Counted from the stretch's first letter, positions 30,946-40,521 are shown. The stretch: 64,000 nucleotides of DNA from an uncultured bacterium (GCA_937879955.1 CALFMK010000001.1:201578-265577); one strand, 5' to 3'. The notes: generated from the letters alone by a model not told the origin. Made by a program: numbers and translations.

Positions 30946-31698
30946 TTACGGCGCCTCCGAGAGGAGCGTGATGATGCGGTCGGCAGGCGCGAAGACGCCA
31001 GGGACGGCGGTCGCGATGCCGATGATGTCGCCTGAGATGTTCACGGCAGCGGCTCCGGCAGGGACGCCGGTCACGTTCGCCCGGATACCCTCGGCAGAGA
31101 CGAGCGAGATGATGCCGGAGACGGCCGCGCCTTCGCGCGTGAGCGAGACGAGCGTCTGGCCCTGGCTGAGCGCCGAAGGGACGATGAGGTCAGGGGTGGT
31201 CGCGGCCGGAAGCTTCGCGGTATCCGAGAAGCCGTAGACCGTGAGGGTCGCGCCAGGCTTCGAGAGCGATGCCTCGGCGCTCGAGCCGTCAGCGAAGACG
31301 ATGGTCGCCTCCTTCGGGAGCCCGGTGGCGGTCGCGGTCACCACCGCGCGCTTGTCCGGGAGGAACGTTCCTACCGCGATTGCCGGCGTCGTGGTCGCGC
31401 CCTTGTGGATGGTCACCCGGCGTCCCACGTCCGCGCGGATGGCGGCCGAGAGCAGGTCCTCGTCGCGGATGACGATCGTCTCCTTCGCAGGCGCAGCGAT
31501 CCCTGGAATCGTCGGAAGCGGCGTCTGAGCCGCCGTCTCGACCGTGCGCTCGACGATGCGGTTCACGGTCTGGGTCACGGTCGGCGGCGCCTGGTCGAGC
31601 AAGGACACGGTCATCACGGCGGTCGCGATGGCCGTGACGAAGTTCACCAGGATGGTGAGAAGCAGCAGCTGGGTCTTGTTGAGGTCCTCGATGTTCAT
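30946..31698 (-). CDS. Membrane protein with degenerate trypsin-like (HtrA-like) fold
   Basis: MNIEDL.KTQL.LL TM; PAGAAAVNISGDIIGI resembles GNSGGPLVN..GEVIGI without the catalytic Ser. Confidence 0.6.
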   Translation of the reverse strand: MNIEDLNKTQLLLLTILVNFVTAIATAVMTVSLLDQAPPTVTQTVNRIVERTVETAAQTPLPTIPGIAAPAKETIVIRDEDLLSAAIRADVGRRVTIHKGATTTPAIAVGTFLPDKRAVVTATATGLPKEATIVFADGSSAEASLSKPGATLTVYGFSDTAKLPAATTPDLIVPSALSQGQTLVSLTREGAAVSGIISLVSAEGIRANVTGVPAGAAAVNISGDIIGIATAVPGVFAPADRIITLLSEAP

Positions 31699-31708
31699 AT
31701 AGGGATAA

Positions 31709-32872
31709 TTATAGGCTATTCGCATCGAGGAATCGAACGGCAAGCACGAGGACGTCCGCGAAGCGGTCGAGGTCCCGCTCCCTGGTCGCAGGGCCCCACG
31801 AGATGCGAAGCGTCGAGGAGGCGCGCTTCGCATCTCCCGTGAACGCGAGGACCGCGTTCGATCCCTCCTCGTCGGTCGCGCACGCGCTGCGGGTGGAGAC
31901 CGCGAACCCCGCCTCGTCGAGGAGCGCCGCGAGGTAGTCGGTATCGCGCCCGAGCAAGGACACGTTCAGGATGTGCGGCACGGCCTCCTTCCCGCCATTC
32001 CGGACAGCGTCTTTCACGTCTTTCTCGATGCGCGCGAGCAGCCGTTCGCGCATGCCGCGCGCACGGAGCGCGAACGAGGCATGCGTCACCGCTGACTCTT
32101 CGAGCGCCTCGGCGAACGCACTCGCGAGCGCCGGAGACGGCGTCCCGGGGCGCAGGCCCCGCTCCTGACCGCCGCCCAGCATGAGCGGGCTGAGCGTGAC
32201 CTGCCGCGGCGCCAAGAGGACGCCGATACCGCGCACGCCTCCCACTTTCTGCGCGTCGAGCGTGAGCGTGTCGGACGCGATGCGCGTGAGCTCGAAGGAT
32301 TCCGCGAGCGGGAGCTGACTCGCGTCCGCATGCACTCGGACGCGTACGCCCGACCGGTCGAGCGCCTGGCGTACCCCGCGCGTATCGAAGCGTGTGCCGG
32401 TCTCGCCGCAGACTACCTCGAGCGTGACGAGCGCGGTCTCGGGCCTGATCTGGCGCGCGAGCGCGGAGAGGTCGATGCCTCCGTCCGTGAGCGTGAGCGC
32501 CTCGACCGCGACGCCCATGGAGCGGAGCTGGTCCATGCAGCCTCTCGTAGACGCGTGCGCGCTCGGGAGATAGAGGACGTGGATGTCCTTGGCATCGCGC
32601 CCGCCATCGACGAGCGCGCGTACCTGCCCGAGGATCGCGAGCGCGTTCGCTTCGGTGGCCCCTGCCGTAAATATCACGCTATCGGCCTTCACGCCGGCGA
32701 GGCGCGCGATGCGCACGCGCGCGTCCTCGAGCGCATCCTTCGCGCGCCTGCCTTCGGCGTGCGGCGAGGACGGGTTGCCGAAGAGCGGCGCGACGCGGCG
32801 GTACGCACGTTCGCTTCCCCTGCTCACCGGAGCCGCTGCCGCCCAGTCCAGATACGTCCGACGCGATCTCAT
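31709..32872 (-). CDS. Cysteine desulfurase (IscS/NifS family)
   Basis: YLDWAAAAP, GNPSSPH, FTAGATEAN, DAQKVGG (PLP Lys), STRSAC. Confidence 0.92.
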   Translation of the reverse strand: MRSRRTYLDWAAAAPVSRGSERAYRRVAPLFGNPSSPHAEGRRAKDALEDARVRIARLAGVKADSVIFTAGATEANALAILGQVRALVDGGRDAKDIHVLYLPSAHASTRGCMDQLRSMGVAVEALTLTDGGIDLSALARQIRPETALVTLEVVCGETGTRFDTRGVRQALDRSGVRVRVHADASQLPLAESFELTRIASDTLTLDAQKVGGVRGIGVLLAPRQVTLSPLMLGGGQERGLRPGTPSPALASAFAEALEESAVTHASFALRARGMRERLLARIEKDVKDAVRNGGKEAVPHILNVSLLGRDTDYLAALLDEAGFAVSTRSACATDEEGSNAVLAFTGDAKRASSTLRISWGPATRERDLDRFADVLVLAVRFLDANSL

Positions 32873-32915
32873 GCATCCATTGTACGCGCAGGCATGCGCT
32901 TGATACAGTGCGTAC

Positions 32916-33070
32916 GGATGGCGAAAGACAGCGTGCGGCCGGATCCGGGTGGCGTCGGGTCTTACTGGAGGGAGTCCTCCCACAGCTCCTTGCAGGATCT
33001 ATCAGGAGGGCGCGTCTTTCCGCCCTTCTTCGCACTTCATGGCGCGCCTTCGGGCGCGCCGTTCCATTTC
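32916..33070 (+). ncRNA. Candidate rod-like structured RNA with terminator
   Basis: TACAGT -10; 5' GGCGAAAGAC pairs with 3' GTCTTTCCGCC; GGATCC/GGATCT; hairpin GGCGCGCC-TTCG-GGCGCGCC. Confidence 0.45.
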
Positions 33071-33119
33071 CACCATATAATTAGCGAAAATACAGGTTTT
33101 GTGCGATAATCAAGGGAAT

Positions 33120-34604
33120 ATGGCACTGAGCACCCGACCACCGATCGTGGCCGTCATGGGACACATCGATCACGGCAAGTCTTCCTTGCTGGACTACATC
33201 CGCAAGGCGAACGTGACCGCGGGCGAGGCCGGCGGCATCACCCAGCACGTATCCGCCTACGAGGCGGAGCACGAGCATGAGGGCGTCCTGCGCAAGATCA
33301 CGTTCCTCGACACGCCGGGGCACGAGGCATTCCGCGCGCTGCGCGCCCGCGGCGCGGCTGCCGCTGACATCGCGATCCTCGTGATCGCGAGCGAGGAAGG
33401 CGTGAAGCCGCAGACCCTCGAGGCGTTCAATGCCATCGAGGAGGCCGGCACCCCGTTCGTCGTCGCGTTCACTAAGATCGACAAGCCCGGCGCGGACGTC
33501 GAGAAGGCCCGCATCTCGGCGCTCGAGAACGGCATCTACCTCGAGGGTCTCGGCGGCTCCATCCCGTACGTCGGCGTCTCCTCGAAGTCCGGCGAGGGCG
33601 TGCCCGAGCTCCTCGACCTCGTCCTCCTCACGGCCGACATGGCCGAGCTTTCCGCGGACGCGGACCTGCCGGGAGAAGGCTATGTGCTCGAGTCCTCCCA
33701 AGACCCCAAGCGCGGCCTCTCCGCCACCCTCATCGTGAAGAACGGCTCCCTGCCGGTCGGCTCCTTCGCTGTGGCAGGGCCGGCATTCGCGCCGGTCCGC
33801 TTCATCGAGGATTTCAAGGGCAGCCGCATCGACACGGCGCTCCCGTCCCAGCCGATCCGCATCTCCGGGTGGAACGTGCTCCCGCCTGCTGGCACCCCGT
33901 TCTCGTCCACGAAGGCGAAGAAGGACGCCGAGAAGCTCGCGCTCGAAGGCACCGCGCCTAACCCTGCCCACACGCAGGAGCGGGCAAGCGATGATGGCAA
34001 GGTCCTCCTACCGCTCATCCTGAAGGCGGATGTCACCGGCAGCATCCTCGCCATCAAGCACGAGCTCGCGAAGATCGAGCATGAGCGCGTGACCATCAGA
34101 ATCGTCCAGGAAGGCATCGGCGCGGTTTCCGAGAGCGACGTGAAGGCCGCAGCCGCAGGCAACGGCTTCGTGATTGGCTTCAACGTCGGCGTCGACTCCG
34201 CCGCACGCGATTCCGCGGAGCGCATGCACGTCTCGATCGACACGTTCACCATCATCTACGACCTCAAGGAGCGCATCGAGGAGCTCGTCCTCGAGCGCGC
34301 GCCGCGCATCACGGTCGAGGAGATCCTCGGCGAGGCGAAGATCCTCAAGGTGTTCAGCACGACCGGCGCAAAGCAGGTCATGGGCGCCCGCTGGAACTCG
34401 GGCGTCCTCACCGTAGGCGACATGGTGAAGATCGACCGCCGCGGCCTCCATATCGGAAACGGAAAGCTCACCAACCTGCAGGTGGCGCGCGCGGACGTGA
34501 AGGAGATCAAGATGGAGGGCGAGTTCGGCCTCCAGATCGAGAGCAAGCACGAGGCAGCAGCCGGCGACACCCTCATCGCGTTCCGCATGACCGACACTAA
34601 ATAA
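33120..34604 (+). CDS. infB: Translation initiation factor IF-2 (short, no N-terminal domain)
   Basis: [44 protein letters not shown]. Confidence 0.96.
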   Translation: MALSTRPPIVAVMGHIDHGKSSLLDYIRKANVTAGEAGGITQHVSAYEAEHEHEGVLRKITFLDTPGHEAFRALRARGAAAADIAILVIASEEGVKPQTLEAFNAIEEAGTPFVVAFTKIDKPGADVEKARISALENGIYLEGLGGSIPYVGVSSKSGEGVPELLDLVLLTADMAELSADADLPGEGYVLESSQDPKRGLSATLIVKNGSLPVGSFAVAGPAFAPVRFIEDFKGSRIDTALPSQPIRISGWNVLPPAGTPFSSTKAKKDAEKLALEGTAPNPAHTQERASDDGKVLLPLILKADVTGSILAIKHELAKIEHERVTIRIVQEGIGAVSESDVKAAAAGNGFVIGFNVGVDSAARDSAERMHVSIDTFTIIYDLKERIEELVLERAPRITVEEILGEAKILKVFSTTGAKQVMGARWNSGVLTVGDMVKIDRRGLHIGNGKLTNLQVARADVKEIKMEGEFGLQIESKHEAAAGDTLIAFRMTDTK

Positions 34605-34611
34605 TCTACCT

Positions 34612-34968
34612 ATGAGCGCACGAGACGAACGGGCGGTTTCCATACTCCTTGAGAACGCAGGGCGCTACATCGCGCGCGAAGCGGGCCGCGGCACCCTCAT
34701 CACGCCGACCCGCGCCACCTTCTCGAAGGACCGACAGAACGCCACGATCTACGTGAGCGTGTATCCGGAGGCGCAGGAGGGCCATGCCATCGAGTTCCTC
34801 ATGCGTCACAAGGACCTCTTCCGCAACGAGCTGAAGAAGACCACGCGCTTCGTCCGCCTTCCCTACATCTGGTTCGAGATCGACAAGGGCGAGCGCGCCC
34901 GCATCGCCTTCGAGGACGCAACCCGCGGCCTCGTTATCCCTCCTAAGGAGGAAGACGCGGACGCATAG
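34612..34968 (+). CDS. rbfA: Ribosome-binding factor A
   Basis: Follows infB; SKD...ATIYVSV, RLP.IWFEID. Confidence 0.85.
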   Translation: MSARDERAVSILLENAGRYIAREAGRGTLITPTRATFSKDRQNATIYVSVYPEAQEGHAIEFLMRHKDLFRNELKKTTRFVRLPYIWFEIDKGERARIAFEDATRGLVIPPKEEDADA

Positions 34969-35002
34969 CGCTCGAGGCACTGGCACGCTAATATGGCGGT
35001 AC

Positions 35003-35074
35003 GGCCCAGTGGCGAAGGAGAAACGCGGCGGATTGCAAACCCGCTATGCACGGATGCGATTTCCGTCTGGGCCT
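35003..35074 (+). tRNA. tRNA-Cys(GCA) with non-canonical T-loop
   Basis: GGCCCAG..CTGGGCC-T, loop TT-GCA-AA, U73 discriminator; T-loop TGCGATT. Confidence 0.85.
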
Positions 35075-35140
35075 CAAATAGCAATGGCGGCACTTAGTGC
35101 CGCCATTGCCGTTCTTCGTGGTATCGTTTTCCGTACCCTT

Positions 35141-35226
35141 GCCGGGGTGATGGAATGGTAGACATAGCGGGCTTAAACCCCGCAGGCAGCGATGCCATGC
35201 GGGTTCGAATCCCGCCCCCGGTACCA
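35141..35226 (+). tRNA. tRNA-Leu(TAA)
   Basis: GCCGGGG..CCCCGGT-ACCA, loop CT-TAA-AC, long variable arm. Confidence 0.95.
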
Positions 35227-36368
35227 TGACCATCCGCTCATTCGCCCGCAGGATACGCCGCGCGCTCGCCCGTCGCGAGCCGCTCATAACCGTATCCATC
35301 TCGAAGGAGAACCTGCTCCATAACCTCCACGCGTACCGGGAGGCGTACCCGTCCATGAAAGTGGCGCCCGTACTGAAGAGCAACGCGTACGGACACGGCC
35401 TCGCCGTCATCGCCGAGATTCTAGATAAGGAGGACATCGCCTTCCTCATGGTCGATTCCCTGTACGAGGCCCGCGTGCTCCGCAGGAGCGGCATTCGCGC
35501 GCGCCTGTGCGTCATGGGCTACGTGCGTCCGGAAGAGATCGCCGAGAGCAGGCTCCGTGGCGTCGACTTCGCAGTGACCGACATCGAGCAGCTCCGCACG
35601 CTCGCGCAGGAAGCGCACCGGCACGTACGCATCCACCTGAAGCTCGATACGGGCATGCACCGCCAGGGCATCGTTCCGAAGGACCTCTCGGACGCTATCG
35701 CGCTCATCCGCTCGAATCCGCACCTCGCGCTCGTCGGCGTCACGACCCACCTCGCGGACGCCGACAATGCCGAGTCCTCCTTGACGAAAGCGCAGCTCGA
35801 GCTCTGGAGCGAGGAGCTGGCAAGGCTCGAGGAGGCGTTCCCAGGAATCGAATACCGGCATGCGGCAGCGACCAAGGGCGCGCCGTGGAGCGCCACAGAG
35901 CCGATGAACGTGATACGCGCGGGCATGGGCCTCTACGGGTACGACACGTCCCCTGCGGCGAAGCTGCAGCTCAGGCCCGTGCTCGAGATGCGCTCGATCA
36001 TCGCCTCGATACGGGACCTCGTACCCGGCGACCAGGTCGGCTACAACGCGACCTTCACCGCGCAGCGGCCTTCGCGCATCGCCACGGTCCCTGCCGGCTA
36101 CTACGAAGGCATCGATCGCGGACTCTCGAACGCGGGCGCGTTCCTCGTGCGCGGGACGAAGGCGCCTATCGCAGGACGCGTCTCGATGAACATGACCTCC
36201 ATCGATGTCACGGATGTGCCGGATGTTGAGCGCGGCGACGCCGTCACGCTCGTGAGCCGGAAGCCATCGGACCCGAACTCTGTCCTGTCCATGGCACGTC
36301 TCTCCGGCACCACGCCCTACGTCATCCTGGCCCATATCCCGAGCCACCTGTACCGGGTCGTGGAATAG
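35226..36368 (+). CDS. alr: Alanine racemase
   Basis: VLKSNAYGHG, HLKLDTGMHRQG, VGYN, PAGYYEG, GRVSMN. Confidence 0.96.
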   Translation: MTIRSFARRIRRALARREPLITVSISKENLLHNLHAYREAYPSMKVAPVLKSNAYGHGLAVIAEILDKEDIAFLMVDSLYEARVLRRSGIRARLCVMGYVRPEEIAESRLRGVDFAVTDIEQLRTLAQEAHRHVRIHLKLDTGMHRQGIVPKDLSDAIALIRSNPHLALVGVTTHLADADNAESSLTKAQLELWSEELARLEEAFPGIEYRHAAATKGAPWSATEPMNVIRAGMGLYGYDTSPAAKLQLRPVLEMRSIIASIRDLVPGDQVGYNATFTAQRPSRIATVPAGYYEGIDRGLSNAGAFLVRGTKAPIAGRVSMNMTSIDVTDVPDVERGDAVTLVSRKPSDPNSVLSMARLSGTTPYVILAHIPSHLYRVVE

Positions 36369-36407
36369 TTGAAATGCGGAGGCATATCTATTAGTATCTA
36401 GGGGTGC

Positions 36408-36480
36408 GCACCCGTAGCTCAGTTGGTAGAGCAACTCCCTCTTAAGGAGATGGTCCCTGGTTCGAGCCCAGGCGGGTGCA
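36408..36480 (+). tRNA. tRNA-Lys(CTT)
   Basis: GCACCCG..CGGGTGC-A, loop CT-CTT-AA. Confidence 0.95.
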
Positions 36481-36543
36481 CAGCAAGAAGAGGCGGGACC
36501 CCTGGGTCCCGCCTCTTCCCGTTTCCTGGTAGGATAGACGCAC

Positions 36544-36624
36544 GCTGGAGTGGTGAAATGGTAGACACGCTTGCCTTAGGAGCAGGTCCCTTCGGGGGTG
36601 GAGGTTCGAGTCCTCTCTCCAGCA
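36544..36624 (+). tRNA. tRNA-Leu(TAG)
   Basis: GCTGGAG..CTCCAGC-A, loop CT-TAG-GA, variable arm. Confidence 0.95.
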
Positions 36625-36638
36625 CATACGACGTATCT

Positions 36639-36669
36639 ATTGACTTTTAGTCAATTTAGGTGTTAAAAT
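36639..36669 (+). promoter_or_regulatory. Promoter TTGACT..TAAAAT with inverted repeat ATTGACT-TTT-AGTCAAT over the -35 box
   Basis: Seen directly upstream of the SPFH gene. Confidence 0.55.
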
Positions 36670-36727
36670 ATATCCAGACAACGGTACCTTGAGAGCAAGG
36701 TGCATTAGCTATCGAAGGAGATTCGCG

Positions 36728-37861
36728 ATGAGCCCACAACACGAAGCGGATCCCTCGGATCCGCGCATTAAGGCCGTCGAGGTCCACCCTGGACTCTACA
36801 AGGCCCTTATTTACGCCACACTGGGCGCCTATGGCGTACTGCTGCTGGTCGCAATCGCGACCTGGAACATCACGCCGATTCCCCATCTGAACATCGGCTT
36901 CCCGATCATCGCGATCGTGGTAGCGCATTTCTGCTCCTCATGGGGCGCGGTACAGACGGATGAATGGGCGGCACTCTACTTCTACGGTCGCGCGTTGCGA
37001 CAACTGAAGTCCGGTCCGTATTTCATGCCGAGAGGCCTGATGCAGATCGTGAAAGTGCCCAAAGGTCTCAAGCAGGCCCAGGCACCCGGGGAGCCAGAAG
37101 AAATATTCCACGGCGACGATAAGGAGCCTCTCCCTATCATGCCGAACGGCAAGCAGATGGTACGACCCATCCGCGTGACGACGAGAGCCCCAAAGGAAGG
37201 CGAGACTGGTCATCTGGACGTACAGATGACCTATGAGTGGTCATTCTACTACCAGTATCAAGTCCTCGACCTCTTTCAGTTCATCGCCACCGTCGGAAGC
37301 TTCGAAGAGGCTTCGCGCCTCATCAGAGACACCGGCGAGGCGACACTGAACGAGTTCGCATCAGACATGACCGTGAACGGCATGATCGTGAACCTGAAAC
37401 AAATCAATCAGGCGCTCGATAACCGGATACGCGAACTGGTCAACGCATGGAGCATGCAGGTCTATGAGGTGAAGGCACTTGCGCCCAATCTCTCGCACGG
37501 CCTCGCCACCGCCCTGCGTAACCTCCCGATCGCCAGACTCGAGGCCGAACAGGCCGAGACGGCTGGCAAGGGGGCGCGCCGCAGGATGGAAGAAGAGGGT
37601 GCAGGCGCGGCAGCGGCCAGGGCAGCGATGCTCCAAGCCGAAGCCACGGGCCGCGAGCAGTTTCTCAAGGCCGAAGCGAACGGACTTAAGGCGAAGAAAG
37701 ATGCTCTCGATATAAGCGGCGAGGACATCCTCGTTGGCGAAGTCGCGAGCGACGCCTTGAAGCACGCTGACAGTCTAATGGTCGGCGCCGGAGACGGTGT
37801 CCGAGACCTACTCGGCATGGTCAAGGCTGGCGCGTCGGTCTTGAACGGAAAGAAGGAGTAG
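36728..37861 (+). CDS. SPFH/band-7 domain membrane protein
   Basis: Two TMs, G+..L.SG.YF, band-7-like core, AE..G.A coiled-coil repeats; AAGGAG SD. Confidence 0.8.
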   Translation: MSPQHEADPSDPRIKAVEVHPGLYKALIYATLGAYGVLLLVAIATWNITPIPHLNIGFPIIAIVVAHFCSSWGAVQTDEWAALYFYGRALRQLKSGPYFMPRGLMQIVKVPKGLKQAQAPGEPEEIFHGDDKEPLPIMPNGKQMVRPIRVTTRAPKEGETGHLDVQMTYEWSFYYQYQVLDLFQFIATVGSFEEASRLIRDTGEATLNEFASDMTVNGMIVNLKQINQALDNRIRELVNAWSMQVYEVKALAPNLSHGLATALRNLPIARLEAEQAETAGKGARRRMEEEGAGAAAARAAMLQAEATGREQFLKAEANGLKAKKDALDISGEDILVGEVASDALKHADSLMVGAGDGVRDLLGMVKAGASVLNGKKE

Positions 37862-37864
37862 GGC

Positions 37865-38515
37865 ATGGATTATATCTTTGGCCCCATACTCCTCTGGATC
37901 CCGATTGTCATCGTAGTCCTCGCGATCTGGTGGTTTAGCACCCACCGATCGGTCACCGTGAAGGCTCTCCATGTCAATGGACACGCTCCAGCGAAACCGA
38001 GCGAACCTGCACATCACAAAGATCACAAAGAAGATGATCATGGGCATGGTGGACACGGCCATGGGCATAACGAGACGCCGGCTTGGATTCATCTGCTAGG
38101 CTGGTGCGTGGCCATCGCCGTCGCGGCACTCATCGCGCTCTTCTTGCGGTGGTGTTACGTGACGTACGGCCTCGGCCAGATACCCGGCCCGTCGCGAGAA
38201 GTCCGAGAGGAGATCTCGCGACGGAACGGTTCCCACGGGATATCGGAGGTACCACCCTCCGATGCCCGGACCTGTTCCAGCGACCCAGCGTACAAGGTCG
38301 TGATCCAACCGGGAACGCGCATTACCGTGCACATCCCCCGGGATACCACGATCGACTTCAAGCCTGACACGAGCGAGGGGAATATCACGGCGTGCAGCTT
38401 CAGGAAGCCTGAGATCTGCTCGTCGAGCCTCCGCCGCATCAAGGGACACATCGACTACCTCACGATCACGAACGTCAGCGAGAATCCGGTGGACTTCACC
38501 TGCCGTTACCTGTGA
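37865..38515 (+). CDS. Hypothetical two-TM protein with His-rich loop
   Basis: HHKDHKEDDHGHGGHGHGH between two TMs; Cys-containing C-terminus; AAGGAG SD. Confidence 0.75.
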   Translation: MDYIFGPILLWIPIVIVVLAIWWFSTHRSVTVKALHVNGHAPAKPSEPAHHKDHKEDDHGHGGHGHGHNETPAWIHLLGWCVAIAVAALIALFLRWCYVTYGLGQIPGPSREVREEISRRNGSHGISEVPPSDARTCSSDPAYKVVIQPGTRITVHIPRDTTIDFKPDTSEGNITACSFRKPEICSSSLRRIKGHIDYLTITNVSENPVDFTCRYL

Positions 38516-38588
38516 GAAAGCACCTTGCGTCTTAGAACGCACAAAGCCGTCCTTCGGGACGGCTTTTTCCTTTACGCAGAGTCTCTGC

Positions 38589-38837
38589 CTATGGCGCCCC
38601 TACCGTAGCGCTCAGGAGCGAGACGATCGCGTTCGCGCCGAAGATGATCACGAGGCCGATGATGCCCCAGATCATGTGCTGCTGGCCCGTGGAGCGCTTC
38701 TCCTCGTTGTCCGCGCTCGCGATGAACTCGACGATACCCCAGATGAATATGAGGAACGCGCCGAGCGCGAGCAGCGTGATGATCGGCGTCAGGATCGCAT
38801 CCTGGACCTTGGTGATGAATGTGTCGAATGCGTTCAT
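38589..38837 (-). CDS. VirB2/TrbC-like pilin
   Basis: FIWGIVEFI..A.NEEKR..G...MIWGIIGL. Confidence 0.8.
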   Translation of the reverse strand: MNAFDTFITKVQDAILTPIITLLALGAFLIFIWGIVEFIASADNEEKRSTGQQHMIWGIIGLVIIFGANAIVSLLSATVGAP

Positions 38838-38903
38838 AGGCGTCAGTATAGCAGAACGCCCGCAGTCTCCTGCGGGCGTTCTGCTATAGCTGTGGGTTCA
38901 GGA

Positions 38904-39269
38904 CTAGTTGACCTGAACCGAAGGAGTCACGTCTCCGACCGACGGCGCTCCGTTATTGAGCACGAAGGTTCCGCGGAGGATGTTCACGAGGCCCCACACG
39001 GATGCCATCACGAAGAAGCCGATGATGCCCCAGAGCATGAGGCTCTTGCCGGCCTCGCGCTTCTCCTCGTCTGCGCCTCCAGCGATGAAGTACTGGAACA
39101 CGCCCCAGATGAACACGACGAACGCGACGGCGAATACGAGCGGAACGAGGATGTTGTTGATGAGGGCGATGATCCCCTGTCCGATCGATCCTGCGCTGTC
39201 GGCCGTGACCTGCGCAGAGACGAGCGCTGGGAATACGAGAGCAGCGACGATGTAACCAAATTTCTTCAT
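38904..39269 (-). CDS. VirB2/TrbC-like pilin
   Basis: Signal (VSAQ), FIWGVFQYFIAGGADEEKREAGK..MLWGIIGFFVM. Confidence 0.82.
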   Translation of the reverse strand: MKKFGYIVAALVFPALVSAQVTADSAGSIGQGIIALINNILVPLVFAVAFVVFIWGVFQYFIAGGADEEKREAGKSLMLWGIIGFFVMASVWGLVNILRGTFVLNNGAPSVGDVTPSVQVN

Positions 39270-39365
39270 AATGGATGTTTACGGATAACGCTTTGCGTAT
39301 TCATCTAGCATAGACCGGAATGAAGGCGCGTCAATAGAGCCTTTCAGGCCGTGTGGAAAACACTA

Positions 39366-39767
39366 TTACGGCGTCGGGCCGATCGAGCCGCCGCTGCCAG
39401 GATTGAACGTCGGAAGGTCCGGTGCGTTCACATTCCCGAACCCGAAGGTACCCACGAGCACGTTCACGAGGCCCCACACCGACACCATCACGAAGAAGCC
39501 GACGATGCCCCATATCGCGAGCTGCTTGCCCTGGTCACGCTTCTCCTCGTTCGCGCCGCCCGCGATGAAATAGAGGAAGATGCCCCAGATGAACGTGACG
39601 AACGCCACCGCGAACACCACCGGCACGAGCACGGCGTTGATGAAGCCGATGATGCTGAGGAGATACTGGGAGACCGTATTGCCGCCGATCTCGCCGCTCT
39701 GTGCATGGACGGCTCCGGCGGATACGAGGAACAACGCGAGCGAAAGGGCGAGTGTGCGGAATGTCAT
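39366..39767 (-). CDS. VirB2/TrbC-like pilin
   Basis: Signal (VHAQ), FIWGIFLYFIAGGANEEKRDQGK...IWGIVGFFVM. Confidence 0.82.
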   Translation of the reverse strand: MTFRTLALSLALFLVSAGAVHAQSGEIGGNTVSQYLLSIIGFINAVLVPVVFAVAFVTFIWGIFLYFIAGGANEEKRDQGKQLAIWGIVGFFVMVSVWGLVNVLVGTFGFGNVNAPDLPTFNPGSGGSIGPTP

Positions 39768-39816
39768 AGTACGTTTCAGAGTAGCAAGTAATGAAGGTCG
39801 GTCCAGAGCTTATGCA

Positions 39817-40119
39817 CTAGCCAGGAAGCGCCGTGAGCAGCAGGCGGACGATACCCCACACGGAGAACATCACCACGAACCCGATGATGCCCCAGAGCAT
39901 GAATGTCTTCCCTTTCTCCCGGCCTTCCTCGCCGCCGAGGAAGAAGAAGCGCACCATGCCGATAAGGAAGAGGATAAACGCGATCGAATAGATGAGCGGG
40001 ACCACAGCGGTGTTCACGAGCTCAACGATATCGGCCGTGAACTCCTTGAAGCTCGCGGCATGCGCGAAAGAAGGGATGACGAGCGCGAGAGAAGCGGACG
40101 CGAGGAGAAGCTTGCGCAT
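39817..40119 (-). CDS. VirB2/TrbC-like pilin
   Basis: Signal (AHA), GMVRFFF.GGEEGREKGK..MLWGIIGF. Confidence 0.8.
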   Translation of the reverse strand: MRKLLLASASLALVIPSFAHAASFKEFTADIVELVNTAVVPLIYSIAFILFLIGMVRFFFLGGEEGREKGKTFMLWGIIGFVVMFSVWGIVRLLLTALPG

Positions 40120-40121
40120 GG

Positions 40122-40511
40122 TTACTGTACGATCGAATCCACCGTGCCCGTTATGATTGCCTGAATGCCGGTCGCGCCGAGCAGCACGAGGCCGCCGATG
40201 ATGGTCCACACGAGCGCGCTCTTCGCGCCCTGGAGCTTCTCCGCGTTCCCTCTCGCCGCGACGAAGAGGAAGCCCACGTAGACGAGCATCATGATGAGGA
40301 CGATCGTGCCGAGCCGTATCACGCCGTTGAGGATCGCGGTAAGAAACTCGTCGAGCGTGCTCACGCCGTTGAGCGGGTTCGTGAGTCCTGTGCTTACCGT
40401 CGTATTCCCGCCCGTGTTCGTGACTTGATCCGCGCGCGCCGCCGACGGAATCAGGAGTGCGAGCGCCAACGTCGCGGAGAAGCTCCTGATAGCACTGCTC
40501 ATGGTTCGCAT
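40122..40511 (-). CDS. VirB2/TrbC-like pilin
   Basis: LTNPL, YVGFLFVAARGNAEKL..AK..LVWTIIG. Confidence 0.82.
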   Translation of the reverse strand: MRTMSSAIRSFSATLALALLIPSAARADQVTNTGGNTTVSTGLTNPLNGVSTLDEFLTAILNGVIRLGTIVLIMMLVYVGFLFVAARGNAEKLQGAKSALVWTIIGGLVLLGATGIQAIITGTVDSIVQ

Positions 40512-40521
40512 AGGATGGTGA

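Noticed and set aside
32916-33070. RNase P, tmRNA or SRP RNA identity for the structured region
   Set aside because: GAGGGAGTCC only loosely resembles the RNase P P4 motif and the region is too short; no tRNA-like ends; no SRP GGAA helix-8 motif
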